A stretch of 64,000 bases of DNA, taken from Leptospiraceae bacterium (lineage in GTDB: Bacteria > Spirochaetota > Leptospiria > Leptospirales > Leptospiraceae). Below are positions 50,540-59,860 of the stretch, in pieces (position 1 is the stretch's first letter; every line of letters starts with the position of its first letter). Below the pieces are notes generated by a model. It made no database searches and was not told where the DNA came from. It saw only the letters and a program-made list of their open reading frames with translations. The stretch covers positions 128,001 to 192,000 of the forward strand of contig JADJFV010000035.1 of the NCBI GenBank assembly GCA_016708435.1, given 5' to 3'. The position numbers and the translations under genes were made by a program.

Positions 50540-50791
50540 ATGCATACGATTACAAAAAAAGACAACCAAGTTTTCATTCAAATTCAGAATCCGAAAGAGA
50601 AGACAATCGAATCAATACAGGAATGTAAAGAGGGAAGATGCAGTTGTAAGACAGAAGAATACAAAAAAATGGAAAAGATTGAAATGGAAGAAAAGAAAGA
50701 AAATCTTTCCATCACACTTACTGCCAAAGAAGGAGAGGAAATTAACACTTCCGAAATAGAAAAATGCATTCAATATGCAACGGGAGAATAG
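50540..50791 (+). CDS. Hypothetical small acidic protein
   Basis: 83 aa, E/K-rich. Confidence 0.25.
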   Translation: MHTITKKDNQVFIQIQNPKEKTIESIQECKEGRCSCKTEEYKKMEKIEMEEKKENLSITLTAKEGEEINTSEIEKCIQYATGE

Positions 50792-50823
50792 TGGAAATTC
50801 CTAAAAAAACTTTGCTTACGAGA

Positions 50824-50859
50824 ATTCATTGAATTATTTCATTTGTCCTTGACAAAGCA
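50824..50859. repeat. Direct repeat copy 1 (promoter-like, contains TTGACA), upstream of the TA cassette
   Basis: ATTCATTGAATTATTTCATTTGTCCTTGACAAAGCA. Confidence 0.7.
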
Positions 50860-50904
50860 GAAATTTACTTGACATTAAGCACTACAATGTAGTATATCAA
50901 AAAA

Positions 50905-51273
50905 GTGAAGAAATATAAATCAAGATGGTTTCAAAAGTGGGCAAATAAGAACCATCTTTCTGATAAAGCTCTGATTGATTCCATTCAGGATTTGAAAGAG
51001 AATAAAGGGACTGTTAAGCTGGGCTTTAATTTATTTAAAGTTAGAGTTTCTTCTCGCAATCAAGGAAAGAGAGGGGCTTTTAGAACTATTGTTGTTTATG
51101 TATCGGATGTCCGTTCGATTTATGTTTTTGGTTTTTCTAAAAATGAATTGGATAATATTTCAAATAAGGAATTAGAAGATTTTAAAGAATTAGCTAGAAC
51201 ATACACGAACATGAATGAAAAGGAAATTAAAATCCTTTTAGAGCAAGATTCTATTTTTGAATTGGAGGAATAG
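50905..51273 (+). CDS. RelE/ParE-superfamily toxin (HigB / Gp49-like)
   Basis: 'GAFRTIVVYVSDVRSIYVFGFSKNELDNISNKELEDFKELA'. A GTG start is inferred. Immediately followed by an HTH antitoxin. Confidence 0.55.
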   Translation: MKKYKSRWFQKWANKNHLSDKALIDSIQDLKENKGTVKLGFNLFKVRVSSRNQGKRGAFRTIVVYVSDVRSIYVFGFSKNELDNISNKELEDFKELARTYTNMNEKEIKILLEQDSIFELEE

Positions 51274-51274
51274 T

Positions 51275-51631
51275 ATGTCAAAAAAAATGAAAGAAGCAAT
51301 TGTGGAGAATTTGCAAGATATTGTCAATGCAGGTATAAAAACTACATTTACTAAAAAAAGATTGGATGAACTCGGAGTAAAAATCCAAGCAACAAATATA
51401 AATCCCACTAAAATAAAAAAAGCTAGAAAGAATCTAAATCTAAGTCAATCCATATTTGCACAGTTACTGAATGTCAGCATTGCCTCAGTCAGACATTGGG
51501 AACAAGGATTGAGAGAGCCAACAGGTTCTACAAAAGTTTTATTGGAATTGTTATTAAAACAACCGCATATACTTGATTATAGAATTACAAAATCAAAACA
51601 AAATGGGCTCGATACAAAGTTTGAGTATTGA
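51275..51631 (+). CDS. XRE-family HTH antitoxin (HigA/NadS-like)
   Basis: 'LNLSQSIFAQLLNVSIASVRHWEQGLREPTGSTKVLLELL' is a canonical NadS/HigA-type HTH. Confidence 0.65.
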   Translation: MSKKMKEAIVENLQDIVNAGIKTTFTKKRLDELGVKIQATNINPTKIKKARKNLNLSQSIFAQLLNVSIASVRHWEQGLREPTGSTKVLLELLLKQPHILDYRITKSKQNGLDTKFEY

Positions 51632-51646
51632 ATGATGTCTTTAAGC

Positions 51647-51682
51647 ATTCATCGAATTGTTTCATTTGTCCTTGACAAAACA
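51647..51682. repeat. Direct repeat copy 2 (33/36 identical), downstream of the TA cassette and upstream of the SGNH gene
   Basis: ATTCATCGAATTGTTTCATTTGTCCTTGACAAAACA. Confidence 0.7.
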
Positions 51683-51751
51683 ATTATTGAATCGTAAATG
51701 ATGTTTACAATAAAGTAGATGGCATTGCATAATTCGATTCTGTCTTAGTAA

Positions 51752-52615
51752 TTGATCATGAAAAAAATATTCTATACCTTTCTTTTTTTTGTTCTTATAG
51801 TTGCAGGCATTTATTGCGCTGCCTATTTTTATATTAGTAGTAAAGCTTCTGCATTACCGATCAACTCACCCATCCTATGTAAGAATCATCCAAATTCAAA
51901 ATTGCCTAGAATGGTTGCAATTGGTGATAGCATTACTCATGGCCGAGTTAGTTTTAATTATGTAAATAGTTTGGAAGAAAAATTTGGAACTCATTATGAA
52001 TTTGTAAATGCGGGAATTAATTCCAACCTTGCTTTTAATGTATTAAATCGCATTCAAGATATAATTGATTGTAATCCAGAAAAGATTTCTATATTGATTG
52101 GAACAAACGATGTAAACTCTACCTTAGATGAAGCAAGAAGGAATCGCTATAAAAAGGATATGCAATTACCCCAAGATCCAGATAAAGCTTGGTATGAAAA
52201 AAATCTAAGATTAATTATCGCTACCTTAAAAGAAAAAACCAAAGCAGAAATTGCAATTTTATCTTTACCCGTGATCGGAGAAATTTTAACCTCAGAAGAA
52301 AATCGAAAGGCAAAAGAATATTCTGATTCAATCAAAACAATCGCTTCTGAATTAGGAATCACTTATCTTCCACTGAATGAGAAAATGCATTCATATCTTT
52401 TAGAAAAAAAGAATCTTGTGAATATTTGCAGTGGAGATTTTAACCTTTACAATGGAGCATTTATAAATTATTTTTTATTAAGTGAATCGTGGGATCAAGT
52501 TTCACAGGAGAATGGTTTTTATTTAGTAACAGATTGCCTGCATCTAAATGCTGTTGGTGCTAGAATGATTTCCGATCTAATTGGTGAGTTTTTAGAAAAA
52601 GGAAATAGATTGTAA
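51752..52615 (+). CDS. SGNH/GDSL-family hydrolase, membrane-anchored
   Basis: 'VAIGDSITHG' (block I GDS) and 'LIGTNDV' (block III) with an N-terminal TM. Confidence 0.75.
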   Translation: MIMKKIFYTFLFFVLIVAGIYCAAYFYISSKASALPINSPILCKNHPNSKLPRMVAIGDSITHGRVSFNYVNSLEEKFGTHYEFVNAGINSNLAFNVLNRIQDIIDCNPEKISILIGTNDVNSTLDEARRNRYKKDMQLPQDPDKAWYEKNLRLIIATLKEKTKAEIAILSLPVIGEILTSEENRKAKEYSDSIKTIASELGITYLPLNEKMHSYLLEKKNLVNICSGDFNLYNGAFINYFLLSESWDQVSQENGFYLVTDCLHLNAVGARMISDLIGEFLEKGNRL

Positions 52616-52681
52616 CCATCCTCCTTGGCTTTAGAGCTGACTGAATAGTAAACAGGGCATTAGTTGCTCTTTATAGCTATG

Positions 52682-52726
52682 AAAAAAAAATCCCTCTCTA
52701 TCCAATGGATAAAGAGGGATTGTTCA
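52682..52726 (-). terminator. Rho-independent terminator for the Thr-rich protein gene
   Basis: About 14-bp stem (ATCCCTCTCTATCCA / TGGATAAAGAGGGAT) preceded on the plus strand by A9, which is U9 after the stem on the minus strand. Confidence 0.55.
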
Positions 52727-52748
52727 ATGACACCTTTGAGGATAATTG

Positions 52749-54230
52749 TTATTTAACGAAGCTTAGGTCTTTTACTTTGAAGACTTTCACATCGTCTTTG
52801 GTTCCTTTCTTTTCAGCTGCGGTTACTATTACTTCGTCGCCGATTATTTGGATGATAGATCTTTGGCTTATAGTCGCTTCACTTCTGAGTTCGAATTCTA
52901 ATTCTGTATTAAACTGTGCAACGTAGGCATCATTTTTCAAAAGCTCGATAACATAGATTTTACCGTCTGCATAGACCATAGGTGAATCAGGGGACAGTTT
53001 AATTCCTTCTGAAGAGCGTTTGAGGTCATAGTCTGCTCCAGTAGAAGTCATGAAAATACGAAGGTCTTTTTTAGTTGGTGCACTTGCATCGTATCCAATT
53101 GCTAATATTCCAGAGCCAGGAATAAATAGAAATTCTCTTGCATTGATTCCGGGATGATTGGTTCCTGCAATGAAAGTTGTGAATTTATCTTTAGGAACTT
53201 CAGGTCCTGCGGGTAATGCAGAGTTGACTGTAGTAGAGCCAATGGTGGTTGTAGTTGTAGTAGTCGTAGTCGCGGTTGTTGCAGTTGATGTGGTTTCTTT
53301 TTTGTTTTTTGAGTCTAGATACGCAATGTATTCTTTTTCAGAAGTGATGTTTACTTTTCTCATCTCTTCTCTTCGTTTGTTGAGTGCAAGTTTATCGGAA
53401 ATGCTTTTTACTTCGGCAGGATTTGCAGTCATCATACGATTGTTTAATTCATCGTTTTCTGAAATCATTTTTTTATTTAAAAAAGTATCAATTTTCTTTT
53501 TTTGCTCATCTCCGTCTTTTTGTAAAACTAAATCAGATTTGGTTTGGTCGACTAGCTCAAGAGAGGCAATGTCTATTGCATATTTCTTAAGAATATTTTT
53601 TTCTATTGGAAGTAGAATTTGGGATTGACCGTTTATATTTTCAGCAGTGGCTACAGCCGGTAAGCCGATTTTTTCTTTCCTAACGCCTAATACTGCGTTT
53701 GTGCTATAATTTTTGATTAGGTAGTCTTGGTTGTTTCTATTCTTTGTGTTGTATAGAACTATGAATTGAGCAAGAGTATCTGCATCTTCAGTGGTATATT
53801 CGAAATTATCCGCAATGTAAGAACTTAAGATAGTAGTAACAGAGGCTAATTCTAATTTTGCGTCTCCTGTAACTTCTAATACATCGGCTCCCAATTTTCC
53901 TTCCTCGTTTGAAACATATCGCTTAATGATTATTCCAGAAATGCTATGTGCTTTTAAACTATCTGATTTGATCGCCGAAGATAGTTTCTTTCCGAGTGCC
54001 AAGTCTTGCTTCTTTTGTTCTTCTGCGGAAACTTTTGTTTCTAGGGCTTTTTTTTCTACTGTAGTTGTCGTTTTGCTACTTGTGGTAGTTGTTGTTTTAG
54101 TAGTCTTTGTGGTTTTAGTGATTTTTGTGCTTTTCTTTTTTGATTTTTGGGCAAAGACACTTCCTGTTGATAAAATCAGGATGAGTGAGAAAGAAATGCC
54201 TTTTATGATTTGCTTGAATAATTGTGCCAT
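52749..54230 (-). CDS. Secreted protein with two Thr-rich low-complexity linkers
   Basis: Signal peptide. 'TKTTKTTKTTTTTSSKTTTTV' and 'TTSTATTATTTTTTTTTIGSTT' tracts; 493 aa. Confidence 0.45.
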   Translation of the reverse strand: MAQLFKQIIKGISFSLILILSTGSVFAQKSKKKSTKITKTTKTTKTTTTTSSKTTTTVEKKALETKVSAEEQKKQDLALGKKLSSAIKSDSLKAHSISGIIIKRYVSNEEGKLGADVLEVTGDAKLELASVTTILSSYIADNFEYTTEDADTLAQFIVLYNTKNRNNQDYLIKNYSTNAVLGVRKEKIGLPAVATAENINGQSQILLPIEKNILKKYAIDIASLELVDQTKSDLVLQKDGDEQKKKIDTFLNKKMISENDELNNRMMTANPAEVKSISDKLALNKRREEMRKVNITSEKEYIAYLDSKNKKETTSTATTATTTTTTTTTIGSTTVNSALPAGPEVPKDKFTTFIAGTNHPGINAREFLFIPGSGILAIGYDASAPTKKDLRIFMTSTGADYDLKRSSEGIKLSPDSPMVYADGKIYVIELLKNDAYVAQFNTELEFELRSEATISQRSIIQIIGDEVIVTAAEKKGTKDDVKVFKVKDLSFVK

Positions 54231-54458
54231 CGAATTGTATTCTCCAATAATTTTTAACTAATGCTTCAAATTATACGTTCCTTTTTAGGAAGAGATAGAT
54301 ATAATTTGAGCCTATTAATCACTTTTTCTAGTGGAAATGATTTATTCAAGCATATTATATAAGCTTTTTGTTTGTGTCACTGACATTAACGACTATAAAT
54401 CTTATTTAAAAATTCATTGACTATTGCATTATGCATAACATAATAGACAATCGCGTCT

Positions 54459-55148
54459 GTGAGAAACCCTATGAAGAATTCGCTTGAACTTGCTATAGAA
54501 AAAGGAAGAAGAATAGTTATCGTAGTCTATTCATTTCAACCGAAAACTGAAAAGCTAATTCAATCCATTTTGGAAACAATCTTAAAACAATATGATAAAG
54601 AATACCTTCAGGACTCTATCTATAGTGTTTTATTTGAAGCGATTATGAATTGTGTTAAAGCAAATGCGAAGCGCGTTTTCTTTGAAGAGAATAATTTGAA
54701 TATTAAAAACATCGAAGATTACAAGCAAGGAATTCGCATCTTCAAGGAAGAAATTGGAAATAAAAAGCTTAGGGAGCTTTGCGAGAAAGGCAGAGAAAAG
54801 AAAATCTATATCAAGATTGTTTATACTCACCAAAAGAACGGATTGAAAATAGAAATTTTGAACAATGCTGAAATCTTAAAAGAAGAAGAGCGTCGAATTC
54901 GTGCGAAGCTTTCTAAGGGGCAACGCTACGAGAACTTATTTGATTTTTATAATGACAATTCAGATACTACAGAGGGAGAGGGTCTAGGATTAGTCCTAAG
55001 CCTTTTAATGTTAAAGGGAGAGGGAGTTGATCCTTCTAATTTTCGCATTGGTAGTAAAAATGGAATCACTAAAACCAGAATTGAAATTCCTTTCGCTGAA
55101 GACTATATAAGTGAGCGTTCTCTATATGCATTGGATTCCAATAGATAA
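54459..55148 (+). CDS. HATPase_c anti-sigma regulatory factor / serine kinase (RsbW/SpoIIAB-like)
   Basis: N-box 'MNCVKANAKR' and G2-box 'GEGLGLVLSL'. Confidence 0.5.
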   Translation: MRNPMKNSLELAIEKGRRIVIVVYSFQPKTEKLIQSILETILKQYDKEYLQDSIYSVLFEAIMNCVKANAKRVFFEENNLNIKNIEDYKQGIRIFKEEIGNKKLRELCEKGREKKIYIKIVYTHQKNGLKIEILNNAEILKEEERRIRAKLSKGQRYENLFDFYNDNSDTTEGEGLGLVLSLLMLKGEGVDPSNFRIGSKNGITKTRIEIPFAEDYISERSLYALDSNR

Positions 55149-55159
55149 AGGCTATACAA

Positions 55160-55519
55160 ATGGATAATGAAAAAATTCGTGTGAATGTTCAGAAAGAGGG
55201 GCAAGTCAGTATCATCTTCATTAATGGTGAATTGACTTTGTTAGATGCACCTGATTTAAAGCAAGTTTTGGATACAATTCTAGAGACTGGAATTCATCGA
55301 TTTCTTTTTGATTTTGAACAATTAGATTTCATAGATTCTTCTGGAATTAGTATACTATTGAGATTTCATGCTCAATTGACTAAATTAGATGGCAAGATTG
55401 GATTTGTGAATTTCCATAAAAATGTTGCGAATACTATGCATAAGGCGCTCCCCTTGTATATACGAGAGAAAGCCTATTTTGAAAATGCGCAAGAAGCATT
55501 GAAGTATCTTAATTCGTAA
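55160..55519 (+). CDS. STAS-domain anti-sigma-factor antagonist (RsbV/SpoIIAA-like)
   Basis: 'FDFEQLDFIDSSGISILL' with the phosphorylatable Ser in DSSG. Confidence 0.75.
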   Translation: MDNEKIRVNVQKEGQVSIIFINGELTLLDAPDLKQVLDTILETGIHRFLFDFEQLDFIDSSGISILLRFHAQLTKLDGKIGFVNFHKNVANTMHKALPLYIREKAYFENAQEALKYLNS

Positions 55520-55524
55520 TTGTT

Positions 55525-56136
55525 TTAAAGGCTAGATGAGAGTTTGCGATACTTACCATATTCATTTCGGAAAAACTTCCAAAAATAAAAAAAAGTAATC
55601 GGCACAAGAAAAGTATAAATAATAATCCACAGATTCCAATAAAAATTATACTCTTGGTATAGACTTGAATGTAGAATGCTTACGTTGTGGATAATAATAA
55701 GTAAACTCCAACTAATAAACACCCTTGGAAATAAAAAACCAGTAAAACTCAAAATTGCTTTTTTATTATGTGGAACAAAAAAATAAATCTTATGAAAAGA
55801 AAATTTATCATTATATAAAAAATGAGAGATGAATTCTTTGAAAGAGTAATTGCTTTCAGTTGGATAAGAATCTGCTGGAAAACGAGTTGAAAAATAAAGA
55901 ATCAAGATGGTCAAAGAAACAACGAGACTATTTACAATGAGTAACGTTGTCCAACCTAAATTTGCTATGTATACAAGTGGATTCCCCTCATGACTCAAGT
56001 CCGGCGTAATAGTAAATGTAACTAAAGCGTCGATTGCCCTCACAAATACTAAAGAAAAAGAAAGAATCCAAAATTCAAAACTTACTTTCAAAATAAAACC
56101 CTTTATCCCATTTATTAGAGTTGTCGAAAGAGACAA
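55525..56136 (-). CDS. Hypothetical multi-pass membrane protein
   Basis: 203 aa, 5-6 TM helices, no motif recognised. Confidence 0.35.
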   Translation of the reverse strand: MSLSTTLINGIKGFILKVSFEFWILSFSLVFVRAIDALVTFTITPDLSHEGNPLVYIANLGWTTLLIVNSLVVSLTILILYFSTRFPADSYPTESNYSFKEFISHFLYNDKFSFHKIYFFVPHNKKAILSFTGFLFPRVFISWSLLIIIHNVSILHSSLYQEYNFYWNLWIIIYTFLVPITFFYFWKFFRNEYGKYRKLSSSL

Positions 56137-56174
56137 CTAATCTATTCTAAAAAAGAAAGAGGAAAGAAAATTTT

Positions 56175-56744
56175 ATGAAATTAACTGATCCCTATACAAA
56201 AGAAGAACTGAAAAACTTTGTCCTAACTTTAAAAAGAAATCTAGAAACTAGATTTAACTCTCTTGAAGAAAAAATATTCTTTCAAAAGTCGACGACTGGT
56301 TGGTCGCCTGCGGAAAATATGCAGCATATCAACCGAGTCACTAGGCTGTTAACATTGACTTTCGCTACTCCGAAGTTCTTAGCTTCGATTGTATTTGGGG
56401 AATCAGCAACTCCTGCTCGTCGATTTCAAGTTGTTGGAGATATTTATCTAGAAGCACTGAGCAAAGGACAGAATTCAGGACCATTTGCTCCGAATAAAGA
56501 AAAAGTAGATGGGGATACGGGCAAACGCAAAGGTGAATTAATTTTGGAATGGAATAAAGCATGGGACAAATACGCATTAGCCATTGATCAATGGAGTGAA
56601 GAACAATTAAATAAAGTTTTAATGCCACATCCATTTCTGGGGAAAATTCCAGCTCGCGAAATGTATATGATTGGAATGCTTCATCCAATTCACCATTGCA
56701 ATATTGTATCAAAACGTTTAAATCAAGAATGGACATATTTTTAA
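56175..56744 (+). CDS. DinB-family / DUF1569-like protein
   Basis: The His triad pattern ('MQHINRV' ... 'HPIHHCN') is typical of DinB_2-like proteins. Confidence 0.45.
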   Translation: MKLTDPYTKEELKNFVLTLKRNLETRFNSLEEKIFFQKSTTGWSPAENMQHINRVTRLLTLTFATPKFLASIVFGESATPARRFQVVGDIYLEALSKGQNSGPFAPNKEKVDGDTGKRKGELILEWNKAWDKYALAIDQWSEEQLNKVLMPHPFLGKIPAREMYMIGMLHPIHHCNIVSKRLNQEWTYF

Positions 56745-56810
56745 TGGAATTGGTTTGCTCGTTATTTGCCTCTGACGGCAGAAGTGTAAGAATTTAGAAA
56801 GGAGAACTAA

Positions 56811-58139
56811 ATGGATGTAGCTAGTCTAGACTTATGGTTTCGACGTGGGATAAGTGTTATTACGCTCGCGTTTGGAATTGTGCAACTTTATCTCACTGAA
56901 AAAAATATTTGGGTCGATGCAGGATTTATTATTTGTATGGCTGGAATTGTTGGATATTATACAAATTATCTTGCAATCAAAATGCTATTTCAACCCAAGC
57001 AAGGAAAAGTATTAGGTTGGGAGGGACTTGTTCCTAAAAACAAAGCAAATATTGCACAAAGTCTAGGCAAAAGCATTCAGACAAATCTTCTTGCTCCCGA
57101 AATTCTTTTAGAATATGTTTATGAGAGAAAGCTAATCGAAACAGGCACTCAGAAATTAGGAGAATGGCTAGATGAACTTTTGAAAGACGAAGATGTTCGT
57201 CATAGAGTAACAGCTAAGATTATTACTCTTCTCCAAGAAAAAGGACCCGATCTTCTCTCGCAGGTATTTAATTTTACAGAAGAAACACTAAAAGAGCTTG
57301 CTAAGAATCCAGAAGAAATCAAAAAACTCTGGGACCAAACTCGTGTTAAGATAAATGAATACATTCAATCGAGGGAAAACAGAGAGTATCTAGTAGAACT
57401 GATTCGTAAATTGGTTTTGGAAGAATTACCACGATTATCCGTTGTTCTAAATCATGCAATCGATGAATACTTAAAACAAAAAGATACAATAGGCAATATT
57501 GGAATTGGTCTTAAAAAGATTATTTCTTTTGATAGCGCTGCCCTGCAAGATATGCTACAAAAATTTATAGAAGATGAAGATACTACAGAACAATTCATGG
57601 GGGTTATGGATATTCTTGTCATTGATCTACAAAAGAAAATGGAGTCGCCGGAGACACAGGAATTTATTTTATCTCAAGTAAAAGACTGGGTGGATGTGGC
57701 AAGTGAATACTCAAGGCAGACTTTTTTGCCTGCAGCAATTGAGAGATTAAAGAAGTTCTTAGATAATCCTGCGAACTGGGCAAAGGTTGGAAATTATTCG
57801 TTTCGAATTTTAGATTATGCTAAGCATAAAATGATTGAGTTCATGCAATCCCCCGAAGGCAGTGAGTATCTAAAAACAAATATCGCTAAGATCATTCACC
57901 AAATCAACGTGACCAACTTAGTCCAAGAGCAAGTGATGAAATTAGATACGGACGAATTGGAGAAAATGATTTTAGATAATACCGGCGGAAATTTAGTTAT
58001 GATTCAATTTCTTGGCGGAGTATTGGGATTAATCGCTGGATTTATCCAAGTGCATATCTACTTTGCAGTTCCGGTCTTCGGACTTGTTGTATTAACATGG
58101 ATTTCCTATTACCGAAACCAAAAACTTTACGAGAAATAA
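56811..58139 (+). CDS. DUF445-family membrane protein
   Basis: N-terminal TM pair with 'GYYTNYLAIKMLFQPKQG ... GLVPKNKANIAQSLGKSI' and a C-terminal TM, as in YheB/DUF445. Confidence 0.6.
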   Translation: MDVASLDLWFRRGISVITLAFGIVQLYLTEKNIWVDAGFIICMAGIVGYYTNYLAIKMLFQPKQGKVLGWEGLVPKNKANIAQSLGKSIQTNLLAPEILLEYVYERKLIETGTQKLGEWLDELLKDEDVRHRVTAKIITLLQEKGPDLLSQVFNFTEETLKELAKNPEEIKKLWDQTRVKINEYIQSRENREYLVELIRKLVLEELPRLSVVLNHAIDEYLKQKDTIGNIGIGLKKIISFDSAALQDMLQKFIEDEDTTEQFMGVMDILVIDLQKKMESPETQEFILSQVKDWVDVASEYSRQTFLPAAIERLKKFLDNPANWAKVGNYSFRILDYAKHKMIEFMQSPEGSEYLKTNIAKIIHQINVTNLVQEQVMKLDTDELEKMILDNTGGNLVMIQFLGGVLGLIAGFIQVHIYFAVPVFGLVVLTWISYYRNQKLYEK

Positions 58140-58245
58140 TTTACGCCACAGAGGCACTGAGTCACAGAGGAAGAAATATGTATTGTGAATTTTATGTATA
58201 CTCTCTTTAAATAACTCTGTGTCTTTGTGTCTCTGTGGCAAACAC

Positions 58246-59859
58246 TTATTTACTGCTGAGTCTTTCTACTCCGTCCCAGGATTCTCCAATTCCAAATTCA
58301 ATTGCATGGTTGCATCTTTCGATATATTTTTGTGCTGCAACATCAATTGGATTTTTTACCAATACAGTCTTAAAGCATTCCAATGCCTGTCTAAATTCTT
58401 TTGTTTGATAGGTAAAAATTCCCATTTCAAAGTCTGCCTTTGTATTTATGTATTGCTCTAAAACATTTTCCGCTATTCCGTCTAAGATTTCAAAAATAGA
58501 GATTACTTCCTTTTTGCCTTTGACTTGCACATTGTCCAATAGTCTATATTGGTATCTGTCTGGATCTGATAGTCCAAAAAAAGTTCTCTCGCTAATAATG
58601 GTAGAAGCTCCATACATTTTAGTTAATCCCTCGATTCGAGAGGCAAGGTTTACGGCATCTGCAATCACAGTTCCGTCCATCCTTTGGTTTTCGCCTATCG
58701 TTCCAAGCATTAAGTTTCCAGTATGAATTCCTACTCCGATTTTAATTGGTTTATATCCATGCTGTTCGCGCCTAACGTTATAAACTTGAATTACTTTATG
58801 CATTTCTACACATGCTTTAATGGAATCTTCTGGCTCATATGGAAAGAGTGCCATAATAGCATCGCCAATGTATTTATCAATGAAGCCATTGTGCTTGCGG
58901 ATAACAGGACCTACTCTCTCAAGGTAGGAATTTAAAAAGTCAAAATTTTCTTTAGGTGTCATAGTCTCTGACAAATTAGTAAATGATCTGATATCTGAAA
59001 ATAAAACCGTCATCTCTGTTTGCACTTGGTCTCCGAGATGAATGTCCAGGATAGAATCCTTCTTTAAAAATTTCAGAAATTCTTGAGGCACAAATCGATT
59101 ATACGCTACCATATAATCATTTTTTAATTTATCAGAGCCTTGAATTTTTGCAGTCATTTCATTAAACGCAATTGCCAGTGTTCCAATTTCATCTCGCACT
59201 GGAATTGCAATTCTATGTTCATAATTTCCAAGACCAATGATTTCTGCACCGCGGGTAAGTGCATTGATTGGTCGGGTAATGGCAAATGATGTTAGTATGG
59301 AAACAAAAATCACAACTATGAAAATACCAATAGAGAGATAGATGATGAAATTGCGGATACTTTGAATTGGCGCATAAAGAATTTTCTGATCAAATTCGAT
59401 TACAGCAAATCCGATTCGAATCGGATGCTCTTCATCTAAGTAAACAGGAAAACTAAAACGAAGAATCTCAGCGCCCGATCGTTCTAGAGTATCGGTTAAC
59501 GGTTCGTTGATAGATTCATAGAATTTTAATTCTTCTTTAGAAATCAATTGTCCAATTTTTATATTCTGCATATCAACTACAAACTTTCCGTAGACGTTTA
59601 TGATATATACGTTCATGAGCCCTGTGATTTGCGAGTCTTTCAATTTTGAAATAACGGACTCTGTTGCCTCATAGGTATTATCTAGAAAAAGTTCTTCTCT
59701 TGCAATATTGGAAATATTTTGAGCAAGGTTGCGGCAAACATCCGTTGTCTTCTCTAGAATGATTTTTTGACTTTGCTTTAGAGTAAAATAGGCGAGGGGT
59801 AAAATACTTAAGATTGCAACGCCTCCAATGACTAGAATAAGTTTATAGCGAAGTTTCAT
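58246..59859 (-). CDS. Sensor class III adenylate/guanylate cyclase (periplasmic sensor - TM - HAMP - cyclase - TPR-like tail)
   Basis: HAMP 'ITRPINALTRGAEIIGLGNYEHRIAIPVRDEIGTLAIAFNEMT'. Cyclase motifs 'VLFSDIRSFT', 'KYIGDAIMALF', 'GIHTGNLMLGTIG'. Confidence 0.8.
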   Translation of the reverse strand: MKLRYKLILVIGGVAILSILPLAYFTLKQSQKIILEKTTDVCRNLAQNISNIAREELFLDNTYEATESVISKLKDSQITGLMNVYIINVYGKFVVDMQNIKIGQLISKEELKFYESINEPLTDTLERSGAEILRFSFPVYLDEEHPIRIGFAVIEFDQKILYAPIQSIRNFIIYLSIGIFIVVIFVSILTSFAITRPINALTRGAEIIGLGNYEHRIAIPVRDEIGTLAIAFNEMTAKIQGSDKLKNDYMVAYNRFVPQEFLKFLKKDSILDIHLGDQVQTEMTVLFSDIRSFTNLSETMTPKENFDFLNSYLERVGPVIRKHNGFIDKYIGDAIMALFPYEPEDSIKACVEMHKVIQVYNVRREQHGYKPIKIGVGIHTGNLMLGTIGENQRMDGTVIADAVNLASRIEGLTKMYGASTIISERTFFGLSDPDRYQYRLLDNVQVKGKKEVISIFEILDGIAENVLEQYINTKADFEMGIFTYQTKEFRQALECFKTVLVKNPIDVAAQKYIERCNHAIEFGIGESWDGVERLSSK

Positions 59860-59860
59860 A

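Noticed and set aside
53158-54261. Plus-strand ORFs with poly-Val runs opposite the Thr-rich gene
   Set aside because: An artefact of reading ACN-codon repeats on the opposite strand.
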